From: Dehalococcoidia bacterium
GTDB lineage: Bacteria > Chloroflexota > Dehalococcoidia > SZUA-161
Assembly: GCA_011174795.1 (NCBI GenBank)
Contig: DUEY01000002.1
Span: forward strand, 11,013-75,012
DNA: 64,000 nucleotides
Direction: 5' to 3'
The notes under the pieces are model-generated. The model saw only the letters and a list, made by a program, of their open reading frames with translations, had not been told where the DNA came from and searched no databases. Positions within the stretch are counted from its first letter, which is position 1. Every line of letters begins with the position of its first letter. The translations under genes and the position numbers were made by a program. Below, piece by piece: positions 19,109-28,767 of this stretch.

Positions 19109-19753
19109 ATGAAAATGGGTGAGTATAAGGCATTAAACGGGGCTGTGCTCAAGGGGGATATCAATACAGCGACAGCGGAGATGCAAAAAGCCATAGATGC
19201 CGACAAAAACGTTCAGGATATCATCGACAACGGGCTCATTGCCGCCATGGACGAGGTTGGCGAGAGGTTCTCCAAAGGGCTGCTGTTCGTACCCCAGATG
19301 CTGCGCGCAGCCAAGACTATGCAGGAGTGCATGAAACTGATCGAGCCCCTTCTTCAGAAAGGCGATGTTACCCCCAAGGGAAAGGTGCTGATTGGCACAG
19401 TCAGGGGCGACCTTCACGACATCGGGAAAAACCTCGTTTCCATGATGATGGAGAGCGCAGGATTCATGATAACCGACCTGGGAGTGGATGTCCCCCCGGA
19501 GAAGTTTGTCCAAAAGGCACAAGAAGTGGAACCGGACATCGTCGCCATGTCAGCTTTGCTCTCCACCACCATGCCGGCCATGCCCCAGACCATCGAGGCT
19601 CTGGGCAAAGCCGGGCTCAGAGCCAAAGTCAAGGTGATGATTGGCGGAGCACCGGTTACCGAGAACTACGCCCATGAAATCAGGGCAGACGCCTATGCGT
19701 CCGATGCTGGTTCTGCCGTGAGCAAAGCTAAAAAGCTACTCGGTATTTCCTGA
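19109..19753 (+). CDS. cobalamin-binding corrinoid protein (MttC/MtbC-like)
   Basis: B12-binding DxHxxG motif (DLHDIGKN), N-terminal helical cap, Rossmann-like B12 domain. Confidence 0.8.
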   Translation: MKMGEYKALNGAVLKGDINTATAEMQKAIDADKNVQDIIDNGLIAAMDEVGERFSKGLLFVPQMLRAAKTMQECMKLIEPLLQKGDVTPKGKVLIGTVRGDLHDIGKNLVSMMMESAGFMITDLGVDVPPEKFVQKAQEVEPDIVAMSALLSTTMPAMPQTIEALGKAGLRAKVKVMIGGAPVTENYAHEIRADAYASDAGSAVSKAKKLLGIS

Positions 19754-19794
19754 GCAAGCTCAAAAAGATATCTCCGTCACAAAGGAGGAGAGCT

Positions 19795-21243
19795 ATGAAA
19801 TCATTAAATATCCCCACCTTTCTCCCCCGATTAAAAGTACTGAACCGAGAACAGGCGTTAGCAATACACCAGGCTGCTTTAGAAATCCTGGAAAAGACGG
19901 GATTTAAGATGGAGCACCCCGACGCCCATCAAATGCTTGTCGATGCCGGGGGCAAGGTTACCAATGACGGTCGGCTTACATTACCTGCTTACCTTGTTGA
20001 AGAGGCCTTAAAAACAACTCCGAAACAGATCGCACTTTATGACCAGAAGGGCAACAAAACGATGCCCCTGGTAGACGGCAATCCATTCTACGGCACAGGT
20101 TCGGACGCCACATTCACCCTGGACCTGGAGACCGGTCAACGTCGGCGAGCTGTCTTAAAAGACGTCGCCAATTTCGCCAGACTGGTGGACAACCTTGAAA
20201 ATATCTCCTTCGCCATGTCTATGGCCAATCCCGACGATGTTCCCGTAGAGGATATCTATGTCTACGTTTTTGCCGAGATGATTAAAAACATCAACAAACC
20301 CATCGTATTCATTGCAGACAGCGGCAGAGACATTGCCAAGATCTACGAAATCGCCTGCCTTGTGGCAGGCGGTGAAGAGGAATTTCAGAAAAAACCGTTT
20401 ATGCTCAATTACTCGGAAGCCATCAGCCCTCTGCGCTTCCCGCAAAACGTTATGGAAAAACTCATTTTCTGTGCCCGGAAAAAGATACCGATTTGCCTTC
20501 CATCAGGCTCCAATGCCGGAGGCGGAGCCCCGATCACGATTGCCGGTGCCATGGCTTTGGGGATCGCCGAGAACCTGGTCGGGCTCGCTGTCCATCAGTT
20601 GACCAATAAGGGGGCGCCTTTCCTTTTCGGTCCCAATGTAAGCACTTTGGATATGAAGTCCACCGTAGTTTCTTACGGCTGCCCTGAATGGAGTCTCAGC
20701 CAAGCTGCCCTCGCTGATATGCGTGATGAAATGTACGGCTTGCCCACCTGGGCCTATGCCGGGGCCTCAGATGCTAAAGTAATGGATGCCCAGGCAGGAG
20801 CCGAGGCCATGTTTTCCATTATCACCGCCATGCTCTCCCGCTCGAATTTGATTCACGATGTAGGTTTCTTGGAATATGGGAATACCTCTTCGCTAGAGAT
20901 GGTGACCATGGCGAACGAACTGGTAGCCATGAGCCGCTTTTTTACCGAGGGTATCCCTGTCAACGAAGGGACCTTAGCCCTCGACGTAATAGAGAGGGTG
21001 GCCACTGGTGGCCCCGGTTCCATCTTCCTCACAGACGATCACACCTTCGATTATTTCAGGGAGGCCCAGTTTCTTCCACAGCTTCTAGACCGCTCCCGAT
21101 ACGATTCATGGAAAGAGGCCGGAGCTATGGACCTCTATACAGTCTGCAATACCGAAGCAAAGAGGATACTCTCGGAACATCAGGTCGAACCTAAAACCGA
21201 TGAGGTGCTTAACGAAGTCGATCGAATCCTTAAAGGACGCTGA
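19795..21243 (+). CDS. MttB-superfamily (trimethylamine methyltransferase-like, non-pyrrolysine) substrate:corrinoid methyltransferase
   Basis: Full-length 482-aa TIM-barrel MttB-family protein with no in-frame amber codon. Strong SD AGGAGGAG. Confidence 0.85.
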   Translation: MKSLNIPTFLPRLKVLNREQALAIHQAALEILEKTGFKMEHPDAHQMLVDAGGKVTNDGRLTLPAYLVEEALKTTPKQIALYDQKGNKTMPLVDGNPFYGTGSDATFTLDLETGQRRRAVLKDVANFARLVDNLENISFAMSMANPDDVPVEDIYVYVFAEMIKNINKPIVFIADSGRDIAKIYEIACLVAGGEEEFQKKPFMLNYSEAISPLRFPQNVMEKLIFCARKKIPICLPSGSNAGGGAPITIAGAMALGIAENLVGLAVHQLTNKGAPFLFGPNVSTLDMKSTVVSYGCPEWSLSQAALADMRDEMYGLPTWAYAGASDAKVMDAQAGAEAMFSIITAMLSRSNLIHDVGFLEYGNTSSLEMVTMANELVAMSRFFTEGIPVNEGTLALDVIERVATGGPGSIFLTDDHTFDYFREAQFLPQLLDRSRYDSWKEAGAMDLYTVCNTEAKRILSEHQVEPKTDEVLNEVDRILKGR

Positions 21244-21257
21244 TACGAAGTAGAATC

Positions 21258-23306
21258 ATGGGAAATAGCCTGCCATTATACAGACCACTAACCCCGAAAG
21301 ATGTCCAGCACATCGACCAAGCTGGGCGCCGAATACTGGAACGCATCGGCATCAGTATCTATGACAGTAAATTCCTCGACATTCTGAAAGCAGCAGGAGC
21401 TCAGGTAGATTACGACAATCAGAGAGTACGCTTTCCAGGAGACTGGCTTGATGAAGCTCTGGGCAAAGCCCCCTCTCGCTTCACGCTATACTCTCGAGAT
21501 GGTCGAAATGACCTTCATCTAGGAGAAGGCAACGTCTACTTCACCAACGGAGGCCGGGTATTTCGAATTCTCGACATGGGAACAAGCAATTACCGCTACA
21601 CCATGATAAGACATGTGGCACGTACTGCCGCCCTCGTGGAGCACCTGGAGCACATTCGACTTTATATCATTGCCTGTCAGGCTCACGCTCTTGAACCTCA
21701 AATATATCATTTGAACGATTTTTTCCACGCCTTCAACCATACTACGAAACATGTAATGGGAGGCTGCGATAACCTGGCAGGCGCTGAACAGGTATGGGAA
21801 CTCGCAAGCTTTATCGCAGGAGGAGAGGGTAAACTTAAAAAAAAGCCCTTCGTCTCGGTAATCACAAATATGATAAGTCCCCTTACTATTGAGACGAAAG
21901 CACTGAATATACTCGACTTTTGCACGAAACATGGTATACCCACTACATGCGCACCTGCGCCTATCGCCGGAGCCACCTCGCCCGCAACCCTGGCAGGGAC
22001 ACTTGCCCAGATGCATGCTGAAGCCTTGGCAGGAGTTGCCCTGACACAGGTGTTCGCCCCCGGCGCCAAGGTGCTCTATGGAGCTGTTCCCACGATAATG
22101 GATTTGCGAAAAATGGACTTCACAATGGGCTCGGTGGAAATGGCGATGATGAACGCTGCCGCAGTCCAACTGGCGAAGCTCTACAACCTGCCTATCTATG
22201 CCTCGGCCGGAGTCACCGAGGCTAAAAGACCTGACATTCAGGCTGGCTTCGAAAAGACCTTTTCCGATTTGCTCGTGGCTATGGCAGGGGCGGATTTCGT
22301 CCACCTGGCTGCCGGAATGCTGGATTCAGGGAATACCATTTCCTATGAACAGTATGTCATAGACAACGAGATTATCGGAATGGTTCAGAGGATACTGGCG
22401 GGCATTAAAGTGAATAAGGGTACGCTAGGACTGGATATAATCGAGAAAGTTGGGCCCGGCGGGAACTATGTCACGGAAGATCACACCGTCGAACATATGA
22501 TGGATGAATTCTTCTACCCCGCGTTAAGCGTGCGATTAAACTTCGATATATGGGAGGAAAGGGGACGTCCCAGCATATTAAGCCGCGCTAAAGACAAAGC
22601 GCAAGAAATCCTGAAAGACAGCAAAGAAGGCCTCCTGGAACCAGACCTGGTCGCTGAGATAGAAAAGGCTTTCCCCGCTATACAAATGTCAATTACAAAA
22701 TCGCCGACCAGGGCCAAACAAGCTACACGTATTATAGCTTGCATGGTTTTCAAACCTGTCCTCGATCATCTTCAATTGGAAAAAAGATATCGTAACCTGC
22801 GTATAACCTACCTGCCAGCCAACCTGCATATGAACCCGCAGAAGTTAAAAAACTACCTGCTGAAACAGATAGCCGCAGCTGAGAAAAGAAACGAGCGAAT
22901 CATATGCCTTTACGGGGACTGCTTTCCAGATATTGACGACTTTTGCGAACAGCATGGAGCAATGAAAGCTCCTGGGACTCACTGCTATGAAATGCTTCTG
23001 GGGAGTGATCAATTCAAGCAGCTTACTGAAGAAACGGCAGGTACCTATTTTCTGGAGAAAGAACTTATTCTCAACTTCGACGAATTTTGTATTCAGCCCT
23101 TGGAACTCTATGATGAAGAAATGCGAAAATATTGCTTCGAACACTACAAGAGGCTGCTCTATGTGAGGCAGCCCTCAGACCCGGATGTCACGCCCCAGAC
23201 AAAAGAACTGGTTGAATTCTTAGAGTTGCCTCTGGAGATTAGAAACGCTGATTATTCAGATCTCGAGAGGAAGTTAATCAAGTTAATCGAGCCTAGACTT
23301 CTTTGA
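21258..23306 (+). CDS. MttB-superfamily methyltransferase fused to a C-terminal ~200-aa Cys-containing domain of unknown function (DUF1638-like by recollection)
   Basis: The N-terminal ~480 aa are colinear with the other MttB paralogs. Unrelated extra C-terminal domain (CLYGDCFPDIDDFC...HCYE). Confidence 0.8.
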   Translation: MGNSLPLYRPLTPKDVQHIDQAGRRILERIGISIYDSKFLDILKAAGAQVDYDNQRVRFPGDWLDEALGKAPSRFTLYSRDGRNDLHLGEGNVYFTNGGRVFRILDMGTSNYRYTMIRHVARTAALVEHLEHIRLYIIACQAHALEPQIYHLNDFFHAFNHTTKHVMGGCDNLAGAEQVWELASFIAGGEGKLKKKPFVSVITNMISPLTIETKALNILDFCTKHGIPTTCAPAPIAGATSPATLAGTLAQMHAEALAGVALTQVFAPGAKVLYGAVPTIMDLRKMDFTMGSVEMAMMNAAAVQLAKLYNLPIYASAGVTEAKRPDIQAGFEKTFSDLLVAMAGADFVHLAAGMLDSGNTISYEQYVIDNEIIGMVQRILAGIKVNKGTLGLDIIEKVGPGGNYVTEDHTVEHMMDEFFYPALSVRLNFDIWEERGRPSILSRAKDKAQEILKDSKEGLLEPDLVAEIEKAFPAIQMSITKSPTRAKQATRIIACMVFKPVLDHLQLEKRYRNLRITYLPANLHMNPQKLKNYLLKQIAAAEKRNERIICLYGDCFPDIDDFCEQHGAMKAPGTHCYEMLLGSDQFKQLTEETAGTYFLEKELILNFDEFCIQPLELYDEEMRKYCFEHYKRLLYVRQPSDPDVTPQTKELVEFLELPLEIRNADYSDLERKLIKLIEPRLL

Positions 23307-23350
23307 TAGTCAGAGCTTTTCAAACGAACCGTAGCCGGTCTTAAGCGGAT

Positions 23351-25306
23351 ATGGGAGTTAATATGAGGAAACATCAATTGGAAACGCCACAGCATGAAAA
23401 ATTTAGGAGAGGAAAACGCCCTATTGGAACCTCCGTGCTGAAAAAAAGTAGAACACAATACGTCTGGCTGAATGTTCTACCCGATGACCTCTGGCTGAAG
23501 GTTCGCCAGGGGGAAACTGTCTGGGGAGCTTTGAAAAGAGAAGGGGTTGAACTGGAAAGCGACTGTGGCGGACTGGGTAAATGCGGTAAATGCAAAGTGC
23601 GTGTCCTCTCTTCGATAGGGCCTCCATCTAAGGAAGAAGAAGAACTCCTCGATGAGGAGGAGTTGAAACAAGGCATCCGCCTCGCCTGCCGCACCGAAGT
23701 AGACAAAGACTTTGTGATTCATACCGAAGAAACCGATTTCGAGGCTGAGTATTTTCAGATTCTCAAAACCGGCCATCGGCCTTTTTTCCATACCCAGCCA
23801 CTTATAAACAAGCGGTTAATAACCCTGCCCCCAGATTTATTGGACGAGGGGATATCCGAGATGGACCGGATTAAAATGGTGATGGTCCCCGAATATCAAG
23901 ACCTTGTAGCCCCTATCCACTGTCTCCGTACGTTACCCGAAAGGCTAGATGCAACTGATTACCATGGAGCGGCAGTGCTCCATGAGAACTCACTGCTGGC
24001 CTGGCAAGACTGGGAGGAAGTGGACTGCCACTTCGGATTGGTCTACGACCTCGGTACCAGTACACTGGTGGGCAAGCTAATCAGTCTGATAGACGGAAGC
24101 GAAGTCGCCGTAGTCTCCTGCCTCAATAGCCAGATGAAGTACGGCTCAAATGTTATCAGTCGGCTCAAATACCTGCAGGACCATGCCAACGGCCTCGAAA
24201 GGTTCCATAACCTTCTCATCAATGACTTGAACCGCATCACTACACGCCTATTAAAAGCAGCCAATCTTCAGCCGAACGACGTTTTTATCGCCGTTGCGGC
24301 GGGTAACACCACCATGCAGCATTTTCTTCTTACACTGGACCCTTCAGGGATCGCCGAAGCGCCGTTCTCGCCTGTATTAACCGACGGGCTGATTGTGGGA
24401 GCAGCAGCCGTTGGCCTCGAATTGCACCCTGAAGCCCTCTGCTATGTGATGCCAACCAAATCCGGTTATATCGGCGGAGATCTAATCAGCGTCATCCTCA
24501 CCTCTGGAGCCTGGGAACAGGAGGATGAAATTATATTGGGGCTGGATCTTGGCACCAATGGAGAAATATTTCTCGGCAACCACAAGAGACTCCTGACATG
24601 CTCAGCTGCCGCCGGCCCTGCCCTCGAGGGCGCAACAATCTCACACGGGATGATTGCCAAGGCTGGAGCTATAGAAGGCGTCAGCGTAGAAGCGGACAAT
24701 GTGAGCTATCAGATCATCGGGAATATAAAGCCCAAAGGAGTTTGTGGGAGCGGACTGGTCGATTTAGTCGCAGTGTTGTTACATTGCGGCTATATAAACC
24801 ACGAAGGCCTGCTCCGTCCACCCCGTAAAAATAGAATAGAGAGCCTGGATTCAAAAATGATCAAGCGGGCAGGAGTTTATGAATTCCTCATCGCGTCCGC
24901 GGAGGAAAGTTATAGCAGTAGACCTATGTACCTCACGCAAAAAGACATTCGAGAACTCCAACTCGCCAAAGCTGCCGTAGCAGCCGGTATACAAATTTTA
25001 ATGAACGATATGGGCATCGTCACCGAGGACATCAAACACGTTTACCTCGCCGGTGCACTCGGTAATTATGTAGACCCGTTGAGTGCCATACGTACCGGTC
25101 TTATTCCTAGATTTAATCCAGAAATTGTCACGTCATTGGGCAACGCCGCCAGCACGGGGGCTTCAATGGCCCTTTTGTCCAAGAACTACTGGCGGATGGC
25201 TAACGAGCTTTCAGACTTCATCGAGCACGTTGAGCTTTCCTCTCGCCTCGACTTCAATGAATTTTTTGTCGAGAACATGGATTTTCCTAAAGGTAATATA
25301 TGGTAA
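23351..25306 (+). CDS. reductive activator of corrinoid enzymes (RACE/RamA-like ASKHA ATPase with N-terminal 2Fe-2S ferredoxin domain)
   Basis: N-terminal plant-type ferredoxin motif CGGLGKCGKCKV, followed by an acetate/sugar kinase-like ATPase domain as in corrinoid activases. Confidence 0.8.
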   Translation: MGVNMRKHQLETPQHEKFRRGKRPIGTSVLKKSRTQYVWLNVLPDDLWLKVRQGETVWGALKREGVELESDCGGLGKCGKCKVRVLSSIGPPSKEEEELLDEEELKQGIRLACRTEVDKDFVIHTEETDFEAEYFQILKTGHRPFFHTQPLINKRLITLPPDLLDEGISEMDRIKMVMVPEYQDLVAPIHCLRTLPERLDATDYHGAAVLHENSLLAWQDWEEVDCHFGLVYDLGTSTLVGKLISLIDGSEVAVVSCLNSQMKYGSNVISRLKYLQDHANGLERFHNLLINDLNRITTRLLKAANLQPNDVFIAVAAGNTTMQHFLLTLDPSGIAEAPFSPVLTDGLIVGAAAVGLELHPEALCYVMPTKSGYIGGDLISVILTSGAWEQEDEIILGLDLGTNGEIFLGNHKRLLTCSAAAGPALEGATISHGMIAKAGAIEGVSVEADNVSYQIIGNIKPKGVCGSGLVDLVAVLLHCGYINHEGLLRPPRKNRIESLDSKMIKRAGVYEFLIASAEESYSSRPMYLTQKDIRELQLAKAAVAAGIQILMNDMGIVTEDIKHVYLAGALGNYVDPLSAIRTGLIPRFNPEIVTSLGNAASTGASMALLSKNYWRMANELSDFIEHVELSSRLDFNEFFVENMDFPKGNIW

Positions 25307-27033
25307 GAAAAAATAAGAATAAACATCAAAGCAGTGTAACCATTGGTGTTGTCGGCGCCGGCGGCGATGGGGTTGTGGTGCTGGGCAGTTTCTTACAGAG
25401 ACTTGCTGCCTCACAGGGATATTTCAGCCAGATGCCCAGGTACTATGGTGCCCAGATTCGAGGTGGAAGCTCAGCAGTAAAACTGGAGTTGAATGCAGAA
25501 TCCCTATCACTGCCCAAAGATAGCCTAGACATTCTTGTATGTTTTAACTGGGATAAGTATCTGGAGTTTGAGCAGGAACTACCGCTTGCGGTTGATACCT
25601 TGGTAATCTACGAGACTAAACCCCAAGGCGCTATCAAATTGCCAGAGCCGTCATTTCAAGTCGATTTTTCTAAAAAAAGTAAAGAGGTAACCGGTTCAAC
25701 ACAAAACAAGAATATCGTAGCACTGGGATTACTGAAGAGAATTCTGGCCCTGCCTGATAAAAAGGTAAAGGTAGCTATTGAAACCGACATTGAATTAGAA
25801 CTGTTAAAGGCGAATCTTCCCGCCCTCGAAGCGGGTGAGCACTTATTTCCAGAATTGTCTCTCCCCGAGTTTAAATTAGCCCCGGCAACAGATAAGTCTG
25901 CTAAACTGATTATCCATGGAAATGCCGCTATGGCACAAGCTGCAATACACGCCGATTGCCGGGCTTTTTTTGGCTACCCCATTACACCCGCAGCAGAAAT
26001 TATGCAGGAAATGCAAAAGGAGCTTTCCCGGAATAAGGGCGTCTTCCTTCAAACAGAGGACGAGATTGCTTCAGCAGGACTTGTTATCGGTTCTTCCATC
26101 GTTGGTGCGAAGTCGATGACCTCCACCAGCGGTCCGGGACTCGATTTGATGACCGAGATGATGGGCCTAGCTTCTGCCGCTGAAATTCCGATGGTTATCA
26201 TCGATGTACAGCGCTGCGGGCCATCTACCGGCATACCGTCCAAGTCCGAGCAGTCAGACCTCAATCATGCCATCTACGGCGGTCACGGTGACGGACCCAG
26301 AGTGGTTCTGGCTCCCTACGACGTAGAAGGGTGTTACCGCCTCGTTATCGAGGGTTTCAGTATCGCTCAATATTTCCAGACCCCTGTCGTTATACTCTCC
26401 GATCAGTGGCTGGGACAAACCTTTCTCGCAATAAACAACAGATTCATGACTGAAGACTACCCAAGCCATGCAAGAATAAGCCCCGCAGTAAATGAGCTCG
26501 CTGATTATCACCGTTACCAGTTGACAGATAAGCTGATTTCGCCGATGGCAGCCGTAGGGGACGAAGGATTTACGTATCAAACAACCGGCCTTACTCACAA
26601 TGAGGAGGGGGCGCCGGCCTTCGATTTCGAGACCCATCAGAGAATGCATGAGAAAAGGTGGAGGAAACTGGCGCCGCTTTGCCAGAGGAATGATCTGGTT
26701 AAGGTTTTTGGTAAAGAGGAATCAAGCACAGGAATAATAACCTGGGGCTCCTCCGCTCAGGTTGTCCTGGAAACGGTCAAAGCCCTCGGGTTAGAGCATA
26801 GTCTCAAGCTTTGTGTACCAGAACTGGTCCACCCTCTACCAATAGGGGTCGAGAGGTTTATAAGCTCCATAAAAAAACTTCTAGTGGTCGAGATGAATTA
26901 TTCCGGGCAGTTTTATCATTATCTTCGGTCTCAAATAGACTTGCCCAAGAAAACCGAGCTCTACGCAAGGGCTGGAGGTCGACTCTTCAGCAGGAAAGAG
27001 CTTGCCCAACCCATAACAAAGGTGGCGAAATGA
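25300..27033 (+). CDS. 2-oxoacid:ferredoxin oxidoreductase, fused gamma-alpha subunit
   Basis: N-terminal gamma-like domain (GVVGAGGDG) and KorA/PorA core (GNAAMAQAAIHADCRAFFGYPITPA). Start overlaps the RACE stop by 7 nt (ATGGTAA). Confidence 0.8.
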   Translation: MVRKNKNKHQSSVTIGVVGAGGDGVVVLGSFLQRLAASQGYFSQMPRYYGAQIRGGSSAVKLELNAESLSLPKDSLDILVCFNWDKYLEFEQELPLAVDTLVIYETKPQGAIKLPEPSFQVDFSKKSKEVTGSTQNKNIVALGLLKRILALPDKKVKVAIETDIELELLKANLPALEAGEHLFPELSLPEFKLAPATDKSAKLIIHGNAAMAQAAIHADCRAFFGYPITPAAEIMQEMQKELSRNKGVFLQTEDEIASAGLVIGSSIVGAKSMTSTSGPGLDLMTEMMGLASAAEIPMVIIDVQRCGPSTGIPSKSEQSDLNHAIYGGHGDGPRVVLAPYDVEGCYRLVIEGFSIAQYFQTPVVILSDQWLGQTFLAINNRFMTEDYPSHARISPAVNELADYHRYQLTDKLISPMAAVGDEGFTYQTTGLTHNEEGAPAFDFETHQRMHEKRWRKLAPLCQRNDLVKVFGKEESSTGIITWGSSAQVVLETVKALGLEHSLKLCVPELVHPLPIGVERFISSIKKLLVVEMNYSGQFYHYLRSQIDLPKKTELYARAGGRLFSRKELAQPITKVAK

Positions 27034-27857
27034 GGGCACGTGCCGATTACAGGACAACTCTCAAGCCAGTCTGGTGCGCGGGCTGTGGTAATTTCGGCCT
27101 GCTCAACGCCCTAACCAAGAGAGTGCTGCCCGAGATCGGGATTCCCAACTATCAAACCCTTATCATTTCCGGCATCGGCTGCTCCTCGCGGATCCCTGCT
27201 TATATAGACACCTACGGTTTTAATAGCATACATGGCCGAGCACTGGTTATCGCACAGGGAGCGAAACTGGCAAAACCTGAGCTGACGGTAGTAGCCGTAG
27301 GTGGTGACGGTGATTTCTTCAGCATCGGAGCAGGCCATCTTCCCCACGCAGTGCGAAGAAACATCGATATCACCTGCATCATGGTCAACAACTTTGTCTA
27401 TGCCCTGACGAAAGGGCAGATTAGCCCCACAACACCACACCTGCTAAGAGGTGAAGGGCCTTTTCTTTCACTGGAACAGTACCCACCGGTCGACCCACTT
27501 CTGGATATGATCAGCTACAGCCTTTCAACCCGGGCTAGCTTCATCGCCCAGGGGATAACCACGGATATCCCTCATCTCGAATGGCTCATAAAGGAAGGGA
27601 TTGAACACAAAGGGTTTTCCTACATAAGTGTGTTCTCGCACTGCGTTACCTTCAATCCGCCGGAGCTATTCAGCACAATAAGAGCGAATGCACGCTATCT
27701 GCAAGAGGGCGAACTAGTCGAATTGCCAGCATCATCAAGAGAGAAGCCCTGGAGACACGACCTGAGCGACATAAGCCGCGCTCTACAACTGGCCCAGATC
27801 TCACTTCTCGATGAACCGCTTCTGGGGATATTCTTCCGAGGAAAAGAAGTCTATTGA
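27030..27857 (+). CDS. 2-oxoacid:ferredoxin oxidoreductase beta subunit (TPP-binding)
   Basis: CAGCGNFG and TPP motif GGDGDFF. ATGA start/stop overlap with the alpha subunit. Confidence 0.8.
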   Translation: MRARADYRTTLKPVWCAGCGNFGLLNALTKRVLPEIGIPNYQTLIISGIGCSSRIPAYIDTYGFNSIHGRALVIAQGAKLAKPELTVVAVGGDGDFFSIGAGHLPHAVRRNIDITCIMVNNFVYALTKGQISPTTPHLLRGEGPFLSLEQYPPVDPLLDMISYSLSTRASFIAQGITTDIPHLEWLIKEGIEHKGFSYISVFSHCVTFNPPELFSTIRANARYLQEGELVELPASSREKPWRHDLSDISRALQLAQISLLDEPLLGIFFRGKEVY

Positions 27858-27870
27858 AGCTGAAATTTCG

Positions 27871-28719
27871 TTATACAGTTACCTGCATGCCATCGTAAGC
27901 AAAGCGTATCCTCTTATCTTTTGACTCCAGGGCCTGATAGTCATCGTAACTGCGGTTCCAGTACTCCTCAAGGTGAACGAAGAGAACCTTCTTAGCCCTT
28001 ATGCGTCCAGCAAGCTCGAGGGTCTGCTCAAAGGTGTAGAGTGTCATCCTGGAGATATGATCGGCCGGATACCTGAAATTGTGTTTCAATCCCTCCTCGA
28101 ATATCCCCGGCTGGATAATCAACAGGTCGGCCTGCTGAACCTCGCCCCTGTGCTCAGGGAAGGGCTTGATATCGCAGGGGGCATAGACCACCTTGCAGCC
28201 CGACTGCTCGAAAACATAAATAAACGACAACTGAGAATCACGGTCAACCGGTATAGCAGTAACCTGAATATCTCCAATCCGGACTTTTTCCTGAAAGGTC
28301 TCCAGCCTGATAAAACCGCTCTCCTGGTAAAAGTCGAGCAGTGGCCCATACTGTGAGCGTATCTTCCTTAATGGCTCACGCAGCTCCTCGGGGAGCAGCA
28401 GGCAAATCTGCTTCTCTGGATAAGCACGCCAAGTACGAAAATCAAGCGAAATCTGTTCTACTACACGGAATCCCTCCACGTGGTCAGGGTCGAGATGAGT
28501 GAAAGTCAGGTAGTCGACACGACGTATAGCTGAACGGTTCAACAGTGTTATAATCTCAGCCGGGGTATCGATTAACAGGTTGATATCATGCAATAAAGCG
28601 GAGGGGCCTGCCCTAGCATAGGGAACACCCCTCTTCCTAGCTTCCCGGCAGACCCGGCAGCGGCACAGGGGCTTGGGGATGACCATACACCCCCCGGAGC
28701 CCAATATTGTGAATTCCAT
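27871..28719 (-). CDS. MBL-fold metallo-hydrolase
   Basis: Metallo-beta-lactamase motif THLDPDHVEG (HxHxDH-like). Confidence 0.7.
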   Translation of the reverse strand: MEFTILGSGGCMVIPKPLCRCRVCREARKRGVPYARAGPSALLHDINLLIDTPAEIITLLNRSAIRRVDYLTFTHLDPDHVEGFRVVEQISLDFRTWRAYPEKQICLLLPEELREPLRKIRSQYGPLLDFYQESGFIRLETFQEKVRIGDIQVTAIPVDRDSQLSFIYVFEQSGCKVVYAPCDIKPFPEHRGEVQQADLLIIQPGIFEEGLKHNFRYPADHISRMTLYTFEQTLELAGRIRAKKVLFVHLEEYWNRSYDDYQALESKDKRIRFAYDGMQVTV

Positions 28720-28767
28720 TAGGCCATCATAAAAGCGGTCTTACGGTTACCTCTCCCTATCACCCGC

